Shown piece by piece: positions 35,120-44,234 of a stretch of DNA of 64,000 bases. The stretch lies in NCBI GenBank assembly GCA_902772965.1, contig CACYCT010000081.1:3076-67075 (forward strand), written 5' to 3'. The stretch's first letter is position 1; the number at the start of each line of letters is the position of its first letter. Made by a program: the position numbers and the translations under genes. The notes beneath the pieces are model-generated. The model worked only from the letters and a program-made list of their open reading frames with translations, made no database searches and was not told the DNA's origin. Source of the DNA: an uncultured Bacteroidales bacterium (GTDB lineage: Bacteria; Bacteroidota; Bacteroidia; Bacteroidales; Muribaculaceae).

Positions 35120-37177
35120 TTACTCTATCTTTAATAATGCGTTGATGAACAGGTTGATATCGGCGGTGTCTGTGTGGCCGTCACGGTTGAGGTCGGTGTT
35201 CCAACCCACTGAGCCGGGTCGCAGTATGTGGGTGATGATGATATTGAGGTCGGCTATGTCGACTGTGCCGTCGCGGTTGATGTCGAGGAGGTTGAAGTTG
35301 TTCAGCACGTAATTGATACCTGCAAGCGCGTTGATTTTTCCCCGTCCCCATTGCCGGCTGTCACCTGAGTTGACGAAGTCGTCGCGTGTGGCGGTGTGGT
35401 CGAAGATGTCGCGGATGTCGTTTGCGGTGAGTTCGGGCGCGGCTTGCAGCCAAAGGGCTATGGTGCCAGTCACCATAGGCGCCGACATGGACGTGCCCTG
35501 GTTCACGGCATAGGGATATGACTCTCCGTCATGTTCCTGATAGAAAGAGAAATATCCTTTTGTCATGGGGGATACGGTGTCGTATCGGCTGTTTGACGAA
35601 AGCACCACCATTCCCGGGGCTACGATGTCGGGGCGGGCAATGCCCCGGGCATCGGGTCCCCAAGCGGAGAAGTAACTCATTCCGTAAAGGGGTGATGTGC
35701 GGGAGAAAGTGACCTCACCCGAGGGTGTCGGTGCGACCGAGCGCGAGATGTACGCTCCGACAGAGATGGCGTTTTCTCCGCATGCAAGGTCGCTGATGGT
35801 TCCGGCTTTTGTTCCGGCGGTTTGCCCGCTGATTCGCGACTGGAACTGTAATCCACCTTCAATCCAAACGTTGAAATTGGGGTCTTTGTCATCGCTCACC
35901 ACTTTAAGACCGAGCCGGGTGGAGGTGATGTTTTTCGGCGTGGCGTTGAGCAGAAGGATGGAATATGTCCTGTCGCCTTCCATCACGGCCTGCGCGAAAC
36001 TGATCTCACCGGTAAAGAGGTCGCTCCATTGCGGAAGCGAGTCCATCTTCAGGGTGTACAGCGAATCAGGATCCAGGTCGCTGTAGAAAGGCGTGCAGAG
36101 CAGTTCTTTTTTGGTGGTGATGTCTATTGCCGTGATGGCGAACTTGTGGTGGTGTCCGGGCGAGGACCACAGGCTGGGGTATCCGATGAAAGATGTTGCG
36201 TAGCGATTGATGGTTGAGTGGAGCGTGTCGGGATTGGCCGCGAAGTTGCGTTGTATGTGCATTGCGTAGCAGCCTGTGTTATGCGCCGATACGACACAGA
36301 TGCGTCCCGGGGCGGAGAGTTGGTCAATCACTTGCGAGAGGAACGACGTGCCGTCGTGTGGCCCGTCGGCGGTGGCGAGGCTCATATTGACAACCGCTGG
36401 CATGTCGTATTGGTCGGCGATGTGGAAGATGTAGGCGATGGAGTTGGCGATATCTGTGTCGTAGAGGTGTTTAAGTCCGCACAGCACGAGTTTTGCCTCT
36501 GGGGCGACACCATGCAAGCCATTGGCCGTAAACGAGCCCGCGGCGGTTCCGGCGGTGTGTGTGCCGTGGCCGTTTTCGGTGTTGTCGGTTGTGAGCGCGG
36601 CGATTTGTTGCGGCGTGGTGTAGTGGCTTCCGCGAAGTGTGTCGCCGTTGACGATGGGTGACACTCCGGTGGAGTCTTCCGAGAGGTATGCTGCGAGAAT
36701 GCGCGAGCGCCCGAGGCTGTCGCGGAAGTTGATGTGGTTGAAGTCGAAACCGGTGTCGATCACGCCCACGATTACTCCTTTTCCTGTGAAGGCCCTCGGC
36801 AGGTCAATGGATTGGTGAATGGCGTTGACGGATGTCTGGTTGCGTGCCGAGTCGTTGCACAGTTGCACGCTTTGGCTGAGCGCGACGTTGGTCACGCCTC
36901 GCACGCGCAACACAGCCGGCAGGTGTTCCGATTTGAATCTCGCGGTGACGAATCCGTTGAACCGTTGGCTGATACGGCAGCCGTTGCGCCGGAGTTCGTC
37001 AATGGCCTGCTCGTTTTCAACGCGAATGAAGGCCTGCATCTCGGTTCGCGCTGCCGGAGCGTGCCTGGCCGAGTTGGCTTTCGACAGTTGAAACAGCGAA
37101 CGCGGTGACAGTGTGGCTTGTGCTGTGGCGGCAAGAGCGGCCAGAATCAGCAAGAGAGAGAGGATGATCCGTTTCAT
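35120..37177 (-). CDS. S8-family (subtilisin-like) serine peptidase with a C-terminal dockerin-like module
   Basis: Catalytic triad motifs VGVIDTGFD, HGTHTAGTAAG and GTSMSAPMVTGTIAL. Signal peptide MKRIILSLLLILAALAATAQA, with the start set at 37177. The C-terminus reads DINRDGTVDIADLNIIITHIL...DLNRDGHTDTADINLFINALL. Confidence 0.9.
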   Translation of the reverse strand: MKRIILSLLLILAALAATAQATLSPRSLFQLSKANSARHAPAARTEMQAFIRVENEQAIDELRRNGCRISQRFNGFVTARFKSEHLPAVLRVRGVTNVALSQSVQLCNDSARNQTSVNAIHQSIDLPRAFTGKGVIVGVIDTGFDFNHINFRDSLGRSRILAAYLSEDSTGVSPIVNGDTLRGSHYTTPQQIAALTTDNTENGHGTHTAGTAAGSFTANGLHGVAPEAKLVLCGLKHLYDTDIANSIAYIFHIADQYDMPAVVNMSLATADGPHDGTSFLSQVIDQLSAPGRICVVSAHNTGCYAMHIQRNFAANPDTLHSTINRYATSFIGYPSLWSSPGHHHKFAITAIDITTKKELLCTPFYSDLDPDSLYTLKMDSLPQWSDLFTGEISFAQAVMEGDRTYSILLLNATPKNITSTRLGLKVVSDDKDPNFNVWIEGGLQFQSRISGQTAGTKAGTISDLACGENAISVGAYISRSVAPTPSGEVTFSRTSPLYGMSYFSAWGPDARGIARPDIVAPGMVVLSSNSRYDTVSPMTKGYFSFYQEHDGESYPYAVNQGTSMSAPMVTGTIALWLQAAPELTANDIRDIFDHTATRDDFVNSGDSRQWGRGKINALAGINYVLNNFNLLDINRDGTVDIADLNIIITHILRPGSVGWNTDLNRDGHTDTADINLFINALLKIE

Positions 37178-37178
37178 A

Positions 37179-37412
37179 TCAGTTGCGTCGGGTGAAGTAG
37201 TAATCTGATCCTTTGATTTGCCGGTAGCAGCGGAAAAGGCCATATGCGGCCAAAATGGCAGCCATGCCGTAGCGCACACAGTTCCAGAAGAGTGTCGCGT
37301 TCCAGTCGAAGAAATTGATAATCAGCAGATAGGCCATACCGAAGTAGATCACTATCATGAATATGCCGAAAAACATTCGTAACAGTCGTGTGGTAGTGGA
37401 AAGTCCGCTCAT
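37179..37412 (-). CDS. Small (77 aa) predicted two-TM membrane protein
   Basis: Two hydrophobic stretches (FFGIFMIVIYFGMAYLLIINFF and YGMAAILAAYGLF). It is tightly packed between cinA and the S8 peptidase gene. No homology recognised. Confidence 0.5.
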   Translation of the reverse strand: MSGLSTTTRLLRMFFGIFMIVIYFGMAYLLIINFFDWNATLFWNCVRYGMAAILAAYGLFRCYRQIKGSDYYFTRRN

Positions 37413-37414
37413 GG

Positions 37415-38665
37415 TTATGAATCGTTATGGGTTAAAAGGTTAAGCAAGAGGAGTAGGGCGTCGTTTGTGGCCCGGGCGATAACGCGCTCGCGATGTCCCG
37501 GAATGTGGCGGCATTGGGTGATGGTGCGGTTGCCTACGCGTGCGGCGATCCACACGGTTCCGACCGGGATGTCGGGCGTTCCGCCTGAAGGACCTGCCAC
37601 ACCGGTGGTTGCCACGGCGCAGTCGGTGTTCAGGTATTTGGCCACGCCTTCGGCCATCAATCGGGCAACGGGTTCACTGACAACGTTTTCCCGGTCGATT
37701 ATCTCTGCGGGAACGCCGAGCACCGATTCTTTGACCCGCCGGTTGTAACTCACCACCGAGCCGATGAAATAGTCGCTGCTTCCGGCAATTCGTGTGATTT
37801 CGCGGGCTATGTTTCCTCCGGTGCAACTCTCTGCTGTTGCGAGGGTCAGGTTGCGTCGGCGAAGAATCTCGCCCACCACGGCAGACAGCGTCAGGTCATT
37901 GTCGGCTACAATCAAGTCGCCGAGCAGGTCGTGGAGCACATCGTTGAGGTGGGTCATCTCGGCGTCAAGCGCGGTGGCATCGGGATGATTGCCGGTCAGG
38001 CGCAACTTGATCCACCCGGGTTGGGGCAAATAGGCCAGGTGAATGTGCTCCGGCAGGTTACGCTCAAACTCGTCGAGGCGCATAGCGAGCGCGCTCTCGA
38101 TTATGCCTACAACTACACAGTGGCGAAACGCGATCGCCATATCGCGATGGAAGTGCCGGATCAGTCGGGGAAGCACTTCGGCGGTGAACATGGTTTCGGC
38201 CTCGTAGGGCACTCCGGGCATGCTCACCACTACTTTCCCGTCCCGCTCAAACCACATTATCGGGGCTGTTCCGCAACGGTTCTGAATCACGCGGCACGAT
38301 GTGGGCACCATCGCCTGCGAGAGGGTGTACTCGTTGAGTTTCAGTCCCCGTCCAGCCACGATGGCTCTGACGTTGGCTTCTGTTTCTGGGTCGTGGCGCA
38401 ACGTGCCGCCGAAGAAGTGGCAGAGCGTGTTTTTTGTGATGTCGTCTTTGGTGGGGCCGAGGCCTCCGGTGATGAGCACAACCGGAGTTTGTTCGAGTGC
38501 CTGATTGAGCGCCTGCTCAATTTGTCGGGCGTTATCGGCCACGGTGATTACCTGCCGTGCCTGCCATCCGTAAGGGGCAAGATGACGGGCGAAGAAGCCG
38601 GAGTTGGTGTCGGCCACTTGCCCGATCAGCAGTTCGTCGCCGATGACTATGGTGGTGAAAGTCAT
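37415..38665 (-). CDS. cinA: CinA-family competence/damage-inducible protein (MoCF-binding plus nicotinamide-nucleotide amidase domains)
   Basis: 416 aa: IVIGDELLIGQVADTNS...ITGGLGPTKDDITK... with a C-terminal PncC-like part, ATAESCTGGNIA...VATTGVAGPSGG. Confidence 0.9.
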   Translation of the reverse strand: MTFTTIVIGDELLIGQVADTNSGFFARHLAPYGWQARQVITVADNARQIEQALNQALEQTPVVLITGGLGPTKDDITKNTLCHFFGGTLRHDPETEANVRAIVAGRGLKLNEYTLSQAMVPTSCRVIQNRCGTAPIMWFERDGKVVVSMPGVPYEAETMFTAEVLPRLIRHFHRDMAIAFRHCVVVGIIESALAMRLDEFERNLPEHIHLAYLPQPGWIKLRLTGNHPDATALDAEMTHLNDVLHDLLGDLIVADNDLTLSAVVGEILRRRNLTLATAESCTGGNIAREITRIAGSSDYFIGSVVSYNRRVKESVLGVPAEIIDRENVVSEPVARLMAEGVAKYLNTDCAVATTGVAGPSGGTPDIPVGTVWIAARVGNRTITQCRHIPGHRERVIARATNDALLLLLNLLTHNDS

Positions 38666-38671
38666 ATTGTG

Positions 38672-39685
38672 TCAGATGGTTACGCGAGCGAAAGGCGGAG
38701 CGGTGATGTCGCAGAACTCGCGGTTGATGAATTTGAAATAACCGGCTACGGCAATCATGGCGGCGTTGTCGGTGGTGAAAGTTCGTTGGGGAATAAATGC
38801 GGTCAGGTGGTGTTGGCGGGCATAGTCCGCAACGGCTTGACGTACGCCCGAGTTGGCCGACACGCCACCAGCGATGGCGATGGTTCGGATACCGGTGTCC
38901 TTGATGGCGCGCGTGAACTTGTCCATCAGGATGTCGATGATGGTTGCCTGTAACGAGGCGGCCAGGTGCGCGCGGTTGTTCTCAATGAAGTCGCGGTCAA
39001 GCGCGAGGTTGTCGCGCAGGGTGTAGAGGAACGACGTCTTCAGTCCGCTGAAACTGTAGTCGTAACCGGGGATGTGCGGTTTTGCGAATCTGAATTTTTT
39101 GGGGTCACCTTCGGCCGCGAGCCGGTCGATGACAGGCCCGCCGGGGTAGGGAAGTCCCATTTGTTTCGCGCACTTGTCGAATGCCTCACCGGCGGCGTCG
39201 TCAATGGTTTGACCGAGGATGGTCATTTTGTCGGGTGCGTCCACTTGAATGATTTGCGAGTTTCCGCCGGAAATGAGCAGGCACAGGAAAGGAAACTCGG
39301 GAACGGTCTGGTCGGGTGTCTGCTGAATGAAATGGGCTAAAACGTGTCCGTGCAGGTGGTTGACGTCGATTAGCGGAACGTTGAGCGCGAGGGCGAGTCC
39401 CTTGGCGAACGAGGTTCCCACATGCAGCGATCCGGGCAGCCCCGGCCCGCGGGTGAAGGCTATGGCGTTGATGTCGGATTTTCCGATTCCGGCTTGTTTG
39501 ATTGCCTGGTCCACGACGGGGACGATGTTTTGCAGATGTGCACGCGAGGCCAGTTCGGGCACAACGCCGCCATATTCCTGATGAACTTTTTGCGAGGCGA
39601 TTACGTTGCTCAGCAGGAGCGTGTCGCGAACGATGGCGGCTGATGTGTCGTCGCAGGAGGATTCGATTCCGAGAATGATACTCAT
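38672..39685 (-). CDS. tsaD: tRNA N6-adenosine threonylcarbamoyltransferase TsaD
   Basis: Start set at MSIILGIESSCDDTSAAIV. HLxGH motif (NHLHGHVLAHF). GGVSAN near the C-terminus. Confidence 0.95.
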   Translation of the reverse strand: MSIILGIESSCDDTSAAIVRDTLLLSNVIASQKVHQEYGGVVPELASRAHLQNIVPVVDQAIKQAGIGKSDINAIAFTRGPGLPGSLHVGTSFAKGLALALNVPLIDVNHLHGHVLAHFIQQTPDQTVPEFPFLCLLISGGNSQIIQVDAPDKMTILGQTIDDAAGEAFDKCAKQMGLPYPGGPVIDRLAAEGDPKKFRFAKPHIPGYDYSFSGLKTSFLYTLRDNLALDRDFIENNRAHLAASLQATIIDILMDKFTRAIKDTGIRTIAIAGGVSANSGVRQAVADYARQHHLTAFIPQRTFTTDNAAMIAVAGYFKFINREFCDITAPPFARVTI

Positions 39686-39699
39686 TAGAATTATCTGTA

Positions 39700-42600
39700 C
39701 TAAGGCTTTTTGGGAACTATGGTGTCGGTAGCGGCAGAGTCGGCTTGTTGCTTGTTGTTCGGGCGATAGCGGTGGAAGGGGTTGTCGAACTCGTGTTTCC
39801 ACACGATACCCACACCCTGGGTTGTCAGCGCGTTACGCACATAATAGTTCTGGTCGTTGAAGTGGTTGTATGCTTTCAGGCGGATGTTACCTCGGCTGTT
39901 GAGCAGATACTCGATGTCGAAGTCTCCGATGAAGTTGCTGTATCGGGTGTTGTAGGTATTGTCCCGGTATCCGAAGTTTCCGTTCAGCAAAAGCCGGTTG
40001 TTGAGCAGTTGGCTCGAGAGCGCGAGGTCGACTTCCATGTCGGAGAAGTCACCCCGGTCGGACCGGAAGTTTGGCGTGATGGTCCAGTTCTCGCTCATTT
40101 TGCCGAGCATGGAGGAAAGTTGGCTTGAGATGGTGGAACTGGCCACGGATGTCCACTCGTTGTTTCTCGCGGTGGAGTTCATGTAATCGGGCGTGTAGAA
40201 TCGGTTGAGCGCGAGCAGGTAGATGATCTGTCGGTTCATCTGGTCATCGGTGTTGATGATGGATCGCACTTTGTGGTAGGCGTCGGAGGTGAGCGTGGGG
40301 AACTCGATGTCGAACGATATGTCTGGCTGGTTCATGGGCCCTTTCGCGCGTAGCAGCGCGTGCACCGGCACATTGGTCCGGTTGATTTCCTTGTCGGAGG
40401 CGAAACTTTCGTCAAGGTCGCGCAGGTTGGCGTTGAGCGAGTATACGGCTTCGATGTCGAGGTTGGCGGCGTAGGGGTTGCCCTGGAAACTGATTGAGGA
40501 GCCGTCTTTGATGGTGAAGTCCTTGTGGATAATGTCTTGGAGGGTGAAGTTGTAGTTGCCTTTTTCGAGAGTGTATTTACCGAACATGGTTAGTTCCCCC
40601 GCGTCGTTGTACGTCATGCGCATGTTGCCACTGCCTGTAGCGCGGATTTGGTCGCCACCCACGGGGTCCATCACCAGAAACAGTTGCGCGTCGGGGGTGA
40701 TGTCGCCTTGCAGGTCGATGTTGTAGTGCGTGGGGAGGGATTCCTGCTGCTGTTGCACTTGCGACTGTAGTTCTCTGACCGATAGCGGAATGGTGTCGGC
40801 AGTGGTGTTGTCGGCGGTTGTGTTCTTCTCATCACGGTCGTGGAAGGTGATGAAGTCGAACTCAGAGGCCTGTTCACTGTCGGAGAGCACAAAGGTGAAT
40901 CGGCTTCTCGGGGCGGTTTCCATGTTCACTTTGATGTCGACCACGCCCGGCTCACCGGTGACAAACGCGGAACCGTTGCCGTAAATGGTTCCGTACCATA
41001 CGGGGTTGTCGCGTTCGCTTGTGTCGTAGCATAGCAGGTCGCGGGCGTCAGTGATACTGAAGTTGAACACCGGATTGTGGAAACTGTCGTGTTTGAGCCA
41101 CCCGTCAAGGCGTGCCTGATGGTTGTCGCGGTCGTGGATGGTGACGTTGGAGAATCTGATGTAGTCGGGCACGATGTGGACTGAGTCGCCTGCGGCTGTG
41201 TAGTAGACGTTGGTGTAGTCGAGTTTGAACAGCAAACTGTCGGCCAGCACATCGCCCTCGAGGTTGATTGTGCTGAATTTGCCGAACAGCACGGCATGTC
41301 CCGAAACTTGTCCCTGCACATCGCTCGTGAAAGCGGCCATGAAAGGCTTCATGAAAGCGATGTTCGTCCGGTCGGCATCAAAAACGAGGTAAAGCGAATC
41401 GTCGGCGATGAAGATGCCTCCGTCAATCAGGGCGTGTCCGCCGTTGCTCTGCGCCACGTCAGCTTTCAGACTTACGGCTTTCCGGTCGTTGATCCAACTG
41501 CTTTCAATGTCGGCGTCGCCCATCACGGCGTCGTTGTAGGAAAGCCCGTCGACGTGTAGATTGGGCGTGAAGATCCGTGGTGTTTTCGTGAACAACTCGC
41601 CGGCGTAGAATTTGCCTGTGGCGCGTCCGCCGAAGTCAACGTTGCTGATGTTGAGAGTTTCAAACACGTAGTCGAGGCTCACATCGTTCAGGTCGAGACA
41701 GAGTTGGTCTTCGGGGTCGTTCGATGCCCGGCCGTTGATTCTGACGAATTGCTTGTCGCATTGTCCGGCAAGGTTGTACACCGAGACTGCGCCATCGGAG
41801 TAGTCAATCGTCCCTTGCTGGACGACCCATGCCGTGTCGTTGAACACCAGTTCCGTCGGATTGATGTCGGTGTGAACCGCAAGTGTTCCGGCTGGGGTGC
41901 GGTTGAAGGAGGCTTTAAGATTGAGGTCTCCGTGAAAATCACGTTCCCGGTCGACGCGCCATCCCAGATTCGCCCCCACGAGGTTGTTTTGCGCGTGGGA
42001 GTCAAGGTTGATGTGTATTTTCCCTTTCTTGTTCGGCCAGATGGTGGAGGCTTGGAGTGTGAGGTCATCACCGATGGAATCGCGCGCGGCGTTGAGGCGT
42101 GTCCGTTCGATGATGTTGTTCCGCCCCTGCAGCAGGTAGGGCGCGTCGATGTCGAGCGCGAGTTGTCCTGTGGATTCGTGGATGGTGCCGTTGATGGTGG
42201 CCGTGTGCAGGAGTTTCACGGGCAGATTGGCCAAGGCGTCCCATTGTTCCGAGGGATTGAGTGTGAGGTGGAAGTCAAGGTCGTTGGGATTGCCGGTGGG
42301 TGCGGGCGAGTCGGTTACCAGTTCCGGAAGCAGGTCCGCTGCAATCCGTTTGGCTGTGGCGGGAAGGGTGGTGGGGTTGAAGGTTCCGGTAAGTGTCCCG
42401 GATAGGGGCTCGGAGTCGATTTGCAGCAATTTGCGGTGGTCGGCATCGGAATTGATGTTGATTTGGTTGATAACCAGTGATTTCTCACCATTGTCGAGAC
42501 GGATGTCGGAAAGATTGATGTTGCCCACGGCGTTGCTCAGGCTGTTACCGCTGATGTCGGCGTCGGCTTGCAGCGAGAGGTCATAGCCGGCCCATTGTCC

Positions 42601-44223
42601 TTTGGCTCCGAGGCGTTGGAGGCTCACGTCATTGGCCGCGAGCGATATGTTGAATTTCGAGGCCGGCCCGTTCAGGTGCGCGTCGCCGTTGAGACGGATC
42701 CGTCCGGCCGGGTCGTTGATTGTCAGTTCGCCTGTCAAGTCGCGTCCTTTGAGGTCGATGTCGGTTCTGATGTCGTGGTATCGGTTTCCGTTGAGGTCGA
42801 TGTGGCTGATGGCCCCGTCTACTGTGGCGTTGATGTTTTTCCCGTTTACAGTGGCGTCGATATGCGTGTCAAGGGCCACTTCGCCCAGAAGAGGGGCTTT
42901 GTCAAGCAGGTTTCCGAGTTGGAATCCGGTGGAGGAGATGATTCCTTTATAGGTGTTTGTAGTGTTGTTCTGCTTGCTCAGCACACCGCTGAGGTCAACC
43001 GTTCCGAGCGATGTTGCCAATCTGCCGTTGAGATTGAGGTCGTTCCTGTCGCCTGTGATCGAGGATTTCAAGTCAACGTTTCCGCATCGTGCGAGCATAT
43101 GTCGCGTGGATTCCGGAACCTTGAAGGCCGTCGTGATTTGTTGAATGGCGTTTTTGTCGGCTTTCACCGAAACGGCCGGAATGTCGAACGAGATTCGGGC
43201 CGGGTCGTCAAGGTGGTTGATTTGCCCGGCTGTCGCAATCGCCAGCGAGCGGGAGGGATTGTTCACGCTGAGCGCTCGCAGGTCAAGGTGCGCGGTGTTT
43301 CCTGTGGCCGAGACGGTTAAGTCAAGCGGTTCGTCAAATGCTTTCAACTCGGGGACAAATGCTCTCAGGTCGGCCGGGGTGATTCGCGCGTGGGTGAGGT
43401 TGAACTCGTGCGACATGCGCGGCAGTTCCGTGGCGAGGCTGTCGAGACAGGTGTAGTGCAGGGCGATGTTGTCGGGGTTGATTTGAGAGTTTGGCAGTGC
43501 GATCTCGAGGTCGTTGACGTTGAGGTCGGTGTCGTTGACGGTGACGTTGGCGGCGAGGTTTTTCAGCACGAATCCGCTTCGCTCGGCAAAGGAAAGGCGC
43601 TTGAGTTGGATATCGAAGTCGTTGTTTTTCAGTCGTGGCAGCGCGAGGTCGGCGCGCAGGTTGAGCAGGCCGACGTGATTGGGGTTGAACCGGTCGGGTG
43701 TCTCAGGTTCGTTGAGCACATCGTACCTGAGGTTGGTCTTCCGGATAACGACGTTGAACACCTGCACGTCGAACGGCTTCGGCCCAGAGTCGTCTTTGGG
43801 TTTGAAGGCGTCGATGAGGAATTGGGCGTTGGTCGGACTTTGCTTGTCGGGCCGGGTGATGTGCCCGTTCAAACCGATGATTTCGGCATAGGTGACCACA
43901 ACACGTTGGTCGGTAACCAGTTGTGGCAGGCTGATTCCCGCGCCGAGTTTTTCCACGGTGATAAGCGAGTCTCCGTTTTGGTCGGGGATCGCGACGTTTT
44001 CGAGGGTGAGGCGGTCGAAGGGTTGAATGGTTACGCGTCCGATACTGACGTTGGTGTGAAGGTATTCCGACAGAGCCGATTCGGCTTTGAGGCGGATCTT
44101 ATTTTGCACCGCGGGTAGTGACAGGAGCAGATAACTCAGCGCGAACACGGCGACGATGGTCACGAGTGTGGTCACGAGCAGTGTTCGCAGAATGTTATAG
44201 AGATGTCTGACGGTGCGGTTCAT
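39700..44223 (-). CDS. tamB: Translocation and assembly module protein TamB (DUF490 family)
   Basis: 1507 aa with an N-terminal TM anchor (LLVTTLVTIVAVFALSYLLL), a long beta-rich body, and a conserved C-terminal DUF490-like end. The position next to tsaD is typical for Bacteroidales. Confidence 0.85.
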   Translation of the reverse strand: MNRTVRHLYNILRTLLVTTLVTIVAVFALSYLLLSLPAVQNKIRLKAESALSEYLHTNVSIGRVTIQPFDRLTLENVAIPDQNGDSLITVEKLGAGISLPQLVTDQRVVVTYAEIIGLNGHITRPDKQSPTNAQFLIDAFKPKDDSGPKPFDVQVFNVVIRKTNLRYDVLNEPETPDRFNPNHVGLLNLRADLALPRLKNNDFDIQLKRLSFAERSGFVLKNLAANVTVNDTDLNVNDLEIALPNSQINPDNIALHYTCLDSLATELPRMSHEFNLTHARITPADLRAFVPELKAFDEPLDLTVSATGNTAHLDLRALSVNNPSRSLAIATAGQINHLDDPARISFDIPAVSVKADKNAIQQITTAFKVPESTRHMLARCGNVDLKSSITGDRNDLNLNGRLATSLGTVDLSGVLSKQNNTTNTYKGIISSTGFQLGNLLDKAPLLGEVALDTHIDATVNGKNINATVDGAISHIDLNGNRYHDIRTDIDLKGRDLTGELTINDPAGRIRLNGDAHLNGPASKFNISLAANDVSLQRLGAKGQWAGYDLSLQADADISGNSLSNAVGNINLSDIRLDNGEKSLVINQININSDADHRKLLQIDSEPLSGTLTGTFNPTTLPATAKRIAADLLPELVTDSPAPTGNPNDLDFHLTLNPSEQWDALANLPVKLLHTATINGTIHESTGQLALDIDAPYLLQGRNNIIERTRLNAARDSIGDDLTLQASTIWPNKKGKIHINLDSHAQNNLVGANLGWRVDRERDFHGDLNLKASFNRTPAGTLAVHTDINPTELVFNDTAWVVQQGTIDYSDGAVSVYNLAGQCDKQFVRINGRASNDPEDQLCLDLNDVSLDYVFETLNISNVDFGGRATGKFYAGELFTKTPRIFTPNLHVDGLSYNDAVMGDADIESSWINDRKAVSLKADVAQSNGGHALIDGGIFIADDSLYLVFDADRTNIAFMKPFMAAFTSDVQGQVSGHAVLFGKFSTINLEGDVLADSLLFKLDYTNVYYTAAGDSVHIVPDYIRFSNVTIHDRDNHQARLDGWLKHDSFHNPVFNFSITDARDLLCYDTSERDNPVWYGTIYGNGSAFVTGEPGVVDIKVNMETAPRSRFTFVLSDSEQASEFDFITFHDRDEKNTTADNTTADTIPLSVRELQSQVQQQQESLPTHYNIDLQGDITPDAQLFLVMDPVGGDQIRATGSGNMRMTYNDAGELTMFGKYTLEKGNYNFTLQDIIHKDFTIKDGSSISFQGNPYAANLDIEAVYSLNANLRDLDESFASDKEINRTNVPVHALLRAKGPMNQPDISFDIEFPTLTSDAYHKVRSIINTDDQMNRQIIYLLALNRFYTPDYMNSTARNNEWTSVASSTISSQLSSMLGKMSENWTITPNFRSDRGDFSDMEVDLALSSQLLNNRLLLNGNFGYRDNTYNTRYSNFIGDFDIEYLLNSRGNIRLKAYNHFNDQNYYVRNALTTQGVGIVWKHEFDNPFHRYRPNNKQQADSAATDTIVPKKP

Positions 44224-44234
44224 CTGTGTGTGGT

